From a virus: a DNA stretch of 64,000 bases. The notes under the pieces were generated by a model. The model did no database searches, had not been told where the DNA came from, and worked only from the letters and a program-made list of their open reading frames with translations. Shown piece after piece: positions 57,153 through 64,000 of this stretch. Both the position numbers and the translations under genes were made by a program. The first letter of the stretch is position 1. Every line of letters begins with the position of its first letter. The stretch is taken from IMG/VR virus record IMGVR_UViG_3300009514_000018, positions 1,237 to 65,236 of that record. One strand, written 5' to 3'.

Positions 57153-57181
57153 GTTATACCCCACAGTATGTGCATAGTCAA
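57153..57181 (-). promoter_or_regulatory. Near-consensus sigma70 promoter for the helicase operon
   Basis: On the - strand TTGACT (57181-57176), 17-nt spacer, TATAAC (57158-57153). Confidence 0.75.
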
Positions 57182-57411
57182 GGGAGTTTTCGCCCAAACC
57201 GACGAAAAAGGTTCCCCACGATCACCCGGCGTCCGCAGATCTCGCAGTTCCCAGCAGCGAAAAGTTCAAGGAATCCAGGTCTACGGCTAGCGCACTCCCA
57301 GCAGAGAAGAATGGATCGCTTTCTGATCCAACAGGTGAAGCAGTCCTCTCCACACCACTTCTTCTCTACTGGACAGAAGATTTTCTCTAGCGACCAAAGG
57401 CCTCGAAGCAT
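57178..57411 (-). CDS. Small Cys-rich protein
   Basis: CFTC, CWEC and CEIC motifs; fills the gap between genes. Confidence 0.45.
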   Translation of the reverse strand: MLRGLWSLEKIFCPVEKKWCGEDCFTCWIRKRSILLCWECASRRPGFLELFAAGNCEICGRRVIVGNLFRRFGRKLP

Positions 57412-58364
57412 CGTTTTATCACCACAGGGTTACACTCACTGCAGAGGAGCTGGCAGCGCTGCTTCTCCATCCAGTTCTGGACCTCGGGCTGGTGGGAGTT
57501 GAAGCGGAACTTCTTCTCCAGGATCTTCACCATCTCGTCCACTCCTTCCACCTGACTCTGGATGGGGGGAGGAGGATGCTCGGCGGGGACCACATTCTCG
57601 AACTTCTCGGCCTGAGGGCCCACGCTGGCCGGTGTCTTCTTCAGCTCCTCGTGGTGGACCAAGATTCCCTCCCGGAGGAGCTTCAGGGAGATTCCCTTGG
57701 TCTTGATCTGGATCTGATGGACCTTGACGTACTCCAAGATCTCATCCCGTTTCATGCCCTTCAGCTTCCCCTCGAGGCTGTCGGAGTCCACCTTCTCGAC
57801 CTTCTTCTTGTTAGCCTTCTTCTTCTTTTCCTCCTTCTCCGGCTCCGGTGGAGGATCGGGTTCAGGCTTCGGCTTGGCAGTCCCACTGGTGAGCGGCCAG
57901 GGCTTAGGTCCTTTGGAGACAGCAGTTCTCAGGGGGGTCAGCGCGGAGAGGGGGGCATCGAGGTTGGGCGCATCAGCCTTCTGTACCGCCTCAGCTGGCT
58001 CCTCTTGGACTTTCTCCTCCTTGGTGGGCTCCTCGGTCGTCTTGGGCTCCTCAGGGGGCTCAGGAGGCGCCTCGGAGGGGAGGAAGGTGTTCTCCATGAC
58101 TCCCCACAGCGTTCCGGGAGAGATGGGTCCCCTGAAGGTGGCGAGGGTTTTCAATACCAGCTTCTGGAGCCGAGGATCCAGGGAGGCGAAGACATCGGTC
58201 CACCTGTCTTCCGTGATCTCCGGCTCGGACTCCTCCTGCCAGTCGTCTAGCTCCTGGAAGATGGCGTCGGCGGCTCCTCGGAGGGTCACTCCGAGGAGGT
58301 AGAACTGGTTCTCGGTATCGGTTCGTACTCTCGTTTTCGACTTATTGAATTGACTGAAATCCAT
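57387..58364 (-). CDS. Hypothetical protein with Pro/Glu/Lys-rich linker and C-terminal Cys cluster
   Basis: AAGGAG RBS; 325 aa. Confidence 0.75.
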   Translation of the reverse strand: MDFSQFNKSKTRVRTDTENQFYLLGVTLRGAADAIFQELDDWQEESEPEITEDRWTDVFASLDPRLQKLVLKTLATFRGPISPGTLWGVMENTFLPSEAPPEPPEEPKTTEEPTKEEKVQEEPAEAVQKADAPNLDAPLSALTPLRTAVSKGPKPWPLTSGTAKPKPEPDPPPEPEKEEKKKKANKKKVEKVDSDSLEGKLKGMKRDEILEYVKVHQIQIKTKGISLKLLREGILVHHEELKKTPASVGPQAEKFENVVPAEHPPPPIQSQVEGVDEMVKILEKKFRFNSHQPEVQNWMEKQRCQLLCSECNPVVIKRCFEAFGR

Positions 58365-58366
58365 GG

Positions 58367-58783
58367 CTACTCCTTCACCCTGATGGTAATCTCCCGGCTG
58401 AGGACCTCCTTCCCGGCCATGAAGCCATCGCAGAGGCCGGAGTAGAGATCGATCTCCGCCTCAAGGATGGCCAGCTGCTCGACCAGATCGGCGTTCTCTG
58501 ACTTCACGATGCGCTCCACATGGGCGAAACTCTTCCCCTCCTGAACCTGCCGCATGCGAACCTCGTTCTTGAAGCCTACCTTGGTGGTCTTCAGCTCGGC
58601 TCGCTTCTTTGCCAGGGCCTGGCAGGTCCACCGGAACATTTCGGTGAATTGGAAGAGTAGGCTTCTGATTTTGGCCATGGGGAGGATCGTGGGATCGGGG
58701 GGCAGCTGGAGCTGCTTGTTCTTGGGCTCCAGCACCCAGGGGAGACCCTTGGTCTGCTCCTTGAGATCATCAAAAGCGCTCAT
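58367..58783 (-). CDS. Coiled-coil protein, possibly UvsY-like recombination mediator
   Basis: Helical 138 aa ending KEVLSREITIR; lies in a RecA/helicase cluster. UvsY likeness is tentative. Confidence 0.45.
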   Translation of the reverse strand: MSAFDDLKEQTKGLPWVLEPKNKQLQLPPDPTILPMAKIRSLLFQFTEMFRWTCQALAKKRAELKTTKVGFKNEVRMRQVQEGKSFAHVERIVKSENADLVEQLAILEAEIDLYSGLCDGFMAGKEVLSREITIRVKE

Positions 58784-58796
58784 TGTGTGACTCCTT

Positions 58797-59540
58797 CTAA
58801 GTTTCTATAGCACCGCAACACCAGACGAAGGGGCAGATCTTGCAGTGGTAGTCCTTCTTGCTGGCAGGGGGGATCTGCCTCATCTTGGCCGCTACCCTGA
58901 TGGACTCGAGGACGCTGGCGGCCTTGTCCTTGGCAGCGGGTAGCCAGCCTTCGTAGCCCATGGAAACCGGGCTCTCGAATTCCTTGGCCTGGCCGCTGTC
59001 CTGGTTGATGTAGAGGATGGAGGCGGAGGAGTAGCCCAGAGCATGGGCGTAACCCCCCACCTGGAGCTTAGCGCTAGGGAAGGGCTGCTTCAGATCCTTG
59101 AACAGATCGTGCCGGGTGGACTTGATCTCCAGGAGGAAAGGTCCATCACAGTGGGAGTGGAGGATCCCATCGAGGTATCCGAACACTCCCTTCCGGCTGA
59201 TGTGGATTTCAGTGCTGAACTCGCTACCCAGCTTCTCGGCGTAGACCTCGATGAGGGCTTGGGTCATGGCGTGGGTGTTGTGACCCATCTGAAAGCGCAG
59301 CCACTGTTTCATCTGGATGGGTTGCTTCTTTCGCTCCATCTTGATGAACTCGAAGTAGACTCTCCGCCGACAGCCTCCCAGGGTGGAGGGTGCCACTGTC
59401 TCCTCGGGACGACGGACGATCTCCTTCATGCGGCTATCGTCTGGCTGGACGATCTCGCCCATCCGCTGCTTGACGCGATCCTCGAAGGCCCGGTTCAGGC
59501 CAGCTTCCTTGGAGGCTTCATAGTACCACTCCTTGAACAT
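58797..59540 (-). CDS. Cas4-like PD-(D/E)XK exonuclease
   Basis: PSTLGGC, GYLDGIL, LLEIKS, QVGGYA and C-x2-CPF-x2-CC motifs; likely start ATG 59540 with GAGGTG RBS. Confidence 0.85.
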   Translation of the reverse strand: MFKEWYYEASKEAGLNRAFEDRVKQRMGEIVQPDDSRMKEIVRRPEETVAPSTLGGCRRRVYFEFIKMERKKQPIQMKQWLRFQMGHNTHAMTQALIEVYAEKLGSEFSTEIHISRKGVFGYLDGILHSHCDGPFLLEIKSTRHDLFKDLKQPFPSAKLQVGGYAHALGYSSASILYINQDSGQAKEFESPVSMGYEGWLPAAKDKAASVLESIRVAAKMRQIPPASKKDYHCKICPFVWCCGAIET

Positions 59541-59541
59541 G

Positions 59542-60009
59542 TCACACCTCGAAAATCTGTCTGAAGACTCTGACGGGAACGGTGGCCACCTTCCGCACTC
59601 CAATGGTGTGATAGAAGACCCAGTCGCCTCCATAGGGTACGTTACCCCGAGTCACAGTGAGGCGCTTGCCTCTCTGTGCCTGGGGCTCGGGGAGGATAAG
59701 CCCATCAGGTCTGTTGAGGCGGTAGGTCAGCTGGGCCATGGTGACGGTGATGATGTCGGGGAGGTTGGGATCCTCGGACTCGGTGGCAGCCACGACCAGC
59801 CAGTCCAGGGCCCTGTGCTTTCCCTCTGCTCTGATCTTCTCGATGATGGGGGCGGTGACGAGGACCTGCTTCTTTCCGGTCTTCACCTCGATGGCGAAGG
59901 TGTCCGTGTGGCCGTCCCCAGGGTTCCACCAGTGCTTCCCAGAATCCTGATGATGCTTTCCTCCCAGCATCTCCACCACCTTCTTCTCCAACTCCTGCCA
60001 CTTCTTCAT
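59542..60009 (-). CDS. Hjc-like PD-(D/E)XK endonuclease/resolvase
   Basis: ELEKKVVEMLGG..SG..GD..FAIEVKT motif. Confidence 0.7.
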   Translation of the reverse strand: MKKWQELEKKVVEMLGGKHHQDSGKHWWNPGDGHTDTFAIEVKTGKKQVLVTAPIIEKIRAEGKHRALDWLVVAATESEDPNLPDIITVTMAQLTYRLNRPDGLILPEPQAQRGKRLTVTRGNVPYGGDWVFYHTIGVRKVATVPVRVFRQIFEV

Positions 60010-61178
60010 CAGAAAAACTCCCTTACCTTGGCCTCTATATCGTAAAGAATGGCTGGATCATCTTCGAGGAGCCGGAGGAACTGGGCCTTCCCGTGGTACT
60101 TCTGGTTGTCGTAAATGATCCAGGATCCGGCCTGTTCGACCACACCATGGAGGGAGGCCAAGGCAAGGACTTCTAGTCCGCGATCTATCTCCCCAGCTCG
60201 CTTGCCCTCCCAGTCCTCGGTGTAGAGGAGGTAGTCTCCATAACGACCTTCCGGGGCGATCTGGCAGGAGGTGGTCTTGATGGAGATCTCCCTGCCATAG
60301 GTCTTCTGGGTGGGGAACTTTCCGGCGCTGACGGCCTTGCTCTTGAAGAGGACATCAGCTCGCTGGAGGTACTTCAGAGCCCAGCCTCCCAGGGCGTCCG
60401 GGGGCAACGACATGGTGGCGATGCGGTCCCTGAGCTGGTTGATGATGACGATGGCGCAGGAGTTGCTCCCTCCGGTATCCTCCTTCGTCACCGCTCCGGT
60501 AGCAGGATCGAACTTCAGGCCATAGCCGGAGTAGATCCGCTCCACGAGGCGGGTGTTCATCCCTGCCTTCCTCAACCTCATTTCCCCATCGGTCATCTCC
60601 TTCTTGAGCAGCTCCTGAGGGGTGAGGGAGGAAATGGAGTCGATGACCAGGAGATCCAGGCCACCGGAGCGGAATAGCCTCAAAGCTATCTCCAGCAGCT
60701 CCTCGGCCCGAGATCCCTCAATGAAGAGGAATTGCTCCGGGTCGATGGTATCTCCCCCCAGTTGGGCCATGATATCGTCAGCCCGGTCCTTCTCATCTGG
60801 ACCTGGGGGAAGGGCGAGGCCCAGCTTCCTGGCCCAGGGGCGGGAAAAATCCTCCCCTTTGAGCCACGCAGCGGTTCCTCCCTGAGCGAGGATGTTGGCC
60901 ACGGTGGTGATGCAGGCAGAGGTCTTCCCCGAATTGTCGTAGCCCTTGAACTGGACCGCTCTCCCCTGGAGAAGCCCTCCGCCCAGCAGATAGTCCAGGG
61001 TCAGGGATCCGGTGCTCCACCTCTCCTCGAGGCTCCGGGCCTTGTCGGCGGTGGTTATCACGCCGGAGCCAAACTCCTTCTGGAGGGGCTTGAGGATGGA
61101 GCCCAAGATCTTTCGCTTGTCGAGCTTGGTGGCGGGATCCACTACCTGCTCTTCCTTCTTTTTTTCTTTCTTGGGCAT
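60009..61178 (-). CDS. recA: RecA/UvsX-like recombinase
   Basis: STGSLTLDYLLGGGL, GYDNSGKT, LLVIDS, IINQLR and GGWALKY motifs. Confidence 0.93.
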   Translation of the reverse strand: MPKKEKKKEEQVVDPATKLDKRKILGSILKPLQKEFGSGVITTADKARSLEERWSTGSLTLDYLLGGGLLQGRAVQFKGYDNSGKTSACITTVANILAQGGTAAWLKGEDFSRPWARKLGLALPPGPDEKDRADDIMAQLGGDTIDPEQFLFIEGSRAEELLEIALRLFRSGGLDLLVIDSISSLTPQELLKKEMTDGEMRLRKAGMNTRLVERIYSGYGLKFDPATGAVTKEDTGGSNSCAIVIINQLRDRIATMSLPPDALGGWALKYLQRADVLFKSKAVSAGKFPTQKTYGREISIKTTSCQIAPEGRYGDYLLYTEDWEGKRAGEIDRGLEVLALASLHGVVEQAGSWIIYDNQKYHGKAQFLRLLEDDPAILYDIEAKVREFF

Positions 61179-61190
61179 AATGCCCTCCTT

Positions 61191-61517
61191 CTAGTTTTCT
61201 TGGCGGACCTCGAATCTCCGCCACCCGGCTTTCCTCGTTTCCAAGATGGTTCTGTACCTGGTGCCATCAGGAGCCACCCAGAGCCGCTTGGCGCCGCAGA
61301 GCCTGCATTTTCTCTTTCCCGCCCAGGTGTGCTTCGGCTTGGGATCCTCTGGGCACTGTTCCCCCAGCTTCAAGTAGGTGGCGCAGACGTAGCGGGTCTG
61401 GTCGTCCTCCTTGTAGGTGGCCAGTCTTCCACAAGGCATACACATCCCCATACCGCAGGGCCAGATCGAGGCCTTCTTGCTGTAGTAGGCTTTCTCGGCG
61501 GTGAGGGGTCTAGTCAT
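61191..61517 (-). CDS. Small zinc-binding protein
   Basis: GAAGG RBS before ATG at 61517; CMPC and CRLC motifs. Confidence 0.55.
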   Translation of the reverse strand: MTRPLTAEKAYYSKKASIWPCGMGMCMPCGRLATYKEDDQTRYVCATYLKLGEQCPEDPKPKHTWAGKRKCRLCGAKRLWVAPDGTRYRTILETRKAGWRRFEVRQEN

Positions 61518-63393
61518 CCTTCGCCTCCTTCCAGGACTTGCCCACGGCAGGCTCGGCCTCGAGGGGAATGGAGAGGTCCCGCTTGAAGGGGTGCTCCATG
61601 AGGTGCTGGATGATGGGGACGGCCTTCTCGGCGTTCTCCTCGGGGATCTCGAAGATGATCTCATCATGGATCTGGAGGAGCATCTTCGCCCCCAGCTCCT
61701 TTAGCTTCTTGTCCCGATCGATCTTGATCATGGCCGCCGTCAGGATGTCAGCAGCAGAACCCTGGACGCGGGCGTTGAAAGCTTGACGCTGTGCTCTCCC
61801 CTTCTTGGCGGGATCCCAGCTCATGATGTCGGGGAGGCGTCTCTTCCGCCCTCCAATGGTCTCCACGAAGCCGTTCATACGGCAGAACTCGTGGACCTGC
61901 TTCAGGTAGAGGGACATGACGGGGAAGCGCCGGAAGTACTCATCCATGAGCTGCCTGGCCTCCTTGACGGAGATACCGAGCTGATCGGCCAGGGACTGGG
62001 GACCCATCCCGTAGAGGATGCCGAAGTTGAGGGTCTTGCCCTTATTTCTCAGATCGGAGTGAAGCTCCTTCACCTCCGCCACGGAGCAGTCCAGGTGGAA
62101 CATCTCCTTGGTCACGCCGGAGTGGACATCGTGACCACCCTTGATGATCTCCATAAGGATGGGATCCTGGGAAATCTCGGCCACGATGCGATACTCCAGC
62201 TGGCCGAAGTCGGCTCCCACGATGGAGTCCTGCTCCTCGCAGATGAAGGCCTTCCTGATGCCCCACTCGCTCTCTCTGGCAGGAACGTTTTGGAGGTTCG
62301 GATTGGAGCTAGAGAGTCTCCCGGTGACGGCTCCATAGATACGGAAGGTGGTGTGGATCCGCCCCCACGGTTTGATCATCTCCTTGTAGTTCTCGCAGTA
62401 GCTGCGGAGCTTCACCAGCTCACCACGCTCGACCATCAGCTTCGCCACGGGATGATCCATCTTCTTGAGGGCCTTGGCGGCCACTGAGGGAATCTCCTCC
62501 AGGTAGACATCGCCGTGTTCGGGGCAGGTGTAGTCGTAGCGCTTGGTAGCCTTCTTTCCGCACTTCTTGCACTTCTTGGTGTCGGTGGCGAGGGTGGCCT
62601 TGAGCTTGAGTTGACCGAAGAGGACCTGAGCCTTCTGGTCGGGGGAGTCGAGGTTGATGGCCTTGCCTACCAGCTCGAAGATGTCTCCTTCCATCTGAAG
62701 GATCTTCTCGCTCATCTTCCTGGCGGACTTGTCCAGGTAGGATTCGTCCATCTTGATGCCCCGGCGCTCCATCTTCCAGAGGACCACCTGGAAGGGAATG
62801 AGGTACTCGTAGAGGAAGTCCAGGAGGGACTTGTCCCCCTGCCAGCTCTCCTTGGCGAGAGCGTTCTGGAGGTACTCGGCCACACCGAAGGTGGCCAGGG
62901 CGTCCTCTGCTGCGTACTCGCAGAACTCCTCTTTGAAGGCGTGATAGAGGTAGGCCGTGTTGTTCTCGTAAACGATGAGATCCTTCAGTTCATAGTGCAG
63001 GTAGTCTATGGACATGGTCTTCAGGCCATGGCGCCCCTGGCGGTTCTCGTCCAGGAGGGCATCGGCCACTATCACGTCCATCATGAGGCCGCTCATTCCC
63101 ATGCCCTCGTTCGCCAGCATGTGCATGTCGAACTTCGCGTTGGCGAGGAGCTTGGGCTTGTCGGACTCGATCCAACGCTTCAGGCCCTGGATGGCGGGAA
63201 GATCCACCACCACCGGGAGGGCCCAGGCGGGGTTGTAGAGCGAGACGAGCAGGACGTTCCCGGTTCCTACCGGAGACTCCTTGACCGGATTTATCCCTGC
63301 CGTCTCCGTGTCGATGGCGGTCGGGTAGGGCGAGGCCAAGAGGTCATCCGAGACTCTCTCAGCCCCTTCTCTCGTGTCGATCAGGGTGTACAT
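61510..63393 (-). CDS. polA: Family A DNA polymerase (3'-5' exonuclease plus polymerase)
   Basis: IDTET, NAKFD and YAAED (exo); ADFGQLEYR, KTLNFGILYG and QIHDE (motifs A, B, C). Confidence 0.96.
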   Translation of the reverse strand: MYTLIDTREGAERVSDDLLASPYPTAIDTETAGINPVKESPVGTGNVLLVSLYNPAWALPVVVDLPAIQGLKRWIESDKPKLLANAKFDMHMLANEGMGMSGLMMDVIVADALLDENRQGRHGLKTMSIDYLHYELKDLIVYENNTAYLYHAFKEEFCEYAAEDALATFGVAEYLQNALAKESWQGDKSLLDFLYEYLIPFQVVLWKMERRGIKMDESYLDKSARKMSEKILQMEGDIFELVGKAINLDSPDQKAQVLFGQLKLKATLATDTKKCKKCGKKATKRYDYTCPEHGDVYLEEIPSVAAKALKKMDHPVAKLMVERGELVKLRSYCENYKEMIKPWGRIHTTFRIYGAVTGRLSSSNPNLQNVPARESEWGIRKAFICEEQDSIVGADFGQLEYRIVAEISQDPILMEIIKGGHDVHSGVTKEMFHLDCSVAEVKELHSDLRNKGKTLNFGILYGMGPQSLADQLGISVKEARQLMDEYFRRFPVMSLYLKQVHEFCRMNGFVETIGGRKRRLPDIMSWDPAKKGRAQRQAFNARVQGSAADILTAAMIKIDRDKKLKELGAKMLLQIHDEIIFEIPEENAEKAVPIIQHLMEHPFKRDLSIPLEAEPAVGKSWKEAKDD

Positions 63394-63397
63394 GGGA

Positions 63398-64000
63398 TCA
63401 CCAGACGGGTTCGTTCTGATTCTGGGTCCTGGAAGCTTCCTGTCCAGCGGGCAGCTGCTTGGCCTCGCTCGCGCCGGGGAGTATGGCCTGCTCGTACTGT
63501 TCCTTGGTGATGCCCAGCCTGGAAAGCACCTCCTCGGGAGACTTCTTGATCGCCTCTGGGATGTTGAGGGGATCGAACTGGTGGGCCTTGTGGGGAGGCT
63601 CTACTCCATCCAGCCAGAAGGAGTAGGAGGTCCTGCCAGTCCTCTTGACCTTCCAGTAGCCGTCGCTCAGCTCGGCCTGTCGTGGGTCATCACAAGAGTT
63701 GCAGATAAAGGTGGTCTCTGGCTCCACGATGTTCTCGCAGGAGGAGCATTTGTGCTTCACGGCGGTGGGAGGCAGAACTCCCTCGTGACTCGTACCGCAT
63801 TCGGGGCAGTTCCAGCCGTGGGGAGCGAGCTTGCCGCCGCATTTGCAGAACTGGCCGATGTTCTGGGCCTGCTCGAGGATGAGACCGGTCAGCTCGATGG
63901 AGGTCTCCCAGTAGACCTGGCCGATTAGCTCGGGCTGGGAACTCTTGCAGTGGGGGCAGATTCCCTGGTCGGCGAGGCAGGCCTCAACCCTGGTCTTCTG
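63398..64000 (-). CDS. Multi-zinc-finger protein, 5'-truncated by the window edge; possibly gp32-like SSB
   Basis: The reading frame of tracked ORF 63398..63760 stays open to 64000 and adds CPHC, CKCG and CPEC to CSSC and CNSC. Confidence 0.7.
   Translation of the reverse strand, partial: QKTRVEACLADQGICPHCKSSQPELIGQVYWETSIELTGLILEQAQNIGQFCKCGGKLAPHGWNCPECGTSHEGVLPPTAVKHKCSSCENIVEPETTFICNSCDDPRQAELSDGYWKVKRTGRTSYSFWLDGVEPPHKAHQFDPLNIPEAIKKSPEEVLSRLGITKEQYEQAILPGASEAKQLPAGQEASRTQNQNEPVW

Noticed and set aside
58797-59540. Cas4-like gene as part of a CRISPR-Cas system
   Set aside because: No other cas genes or array; solo Cas4-like exonucleases are common in phage recombination modules.
1702-63393. 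Inteins or introns in terL, recA, helicase or polA
   Set aside because: Motif spacing is normal and no intein or homing-endonuclease signatures were seen.
1-64000. Stop-codon reassignment
   Set aside because: Long genes are intact under the standard code and end in TAA, TAG and TGA with tight coupling to the next gene.
1-64000. Integrase, att site, tRNA or rRNA genes
   Set aside because: None recognisable by eye; lifestyle cannot be settled from this window.

Overview
This window is about 64 kb of a tailed dsDNA bacteriophage with a contractile (myovirus-type) tail. Positions 1-1030 are non-coding and dense in repeats and palindromes (candidate origin or packaging region). From 1246 to 51633 a mostly + strand morphogenesis arm runs: putative small terminase, large terminase, PBSX/HK97-like portal, HK97-type prohead protease fused to a scaffold, major capsid protein, neck and fibre genes, sheath, T4 gp19-like tube, chaperone with a probable frameshift extension, tape measure, baseplate (hub, spike, gp25, J-like) and a 1466-aa beta-helical fibre. 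From 51630 to 64000 a convergent - strand DNA metabolism arm encodes a Dam-like methyltransferase, RuvC-like resolvase, SF2 helicase, Cas4-like exonuclease, Hjc-like nuclease, RecA/UvsX, family A DNA polymerase and a truncated multi-zinc-finger protein. The standout is a 1632-aa gene between portal and protease, where a MuF/minor head protein normally sits. It strings together an ASCH/PUA-like domain, a HAD-IIIA phosphatase, a His-rich repeat, a Pol-beta nucleotidyltransferase, an ATP-dependent ligase with OB fold, a 2H phosphodiesterase and two LigD-type phosphoesterase-like domains. Its linkers carry K-[A/S/G] motifs that also mark the protease and capsid pro-regions. I infer a capsid-packaged, possibly protease-processed end-repair/anti-defence polyprotein. 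All assignments are by-eye motif recognition; no database searches were run. No integrase, CRISPR array, tRNA or clear endolysin was seen, and the host cannot be determined.
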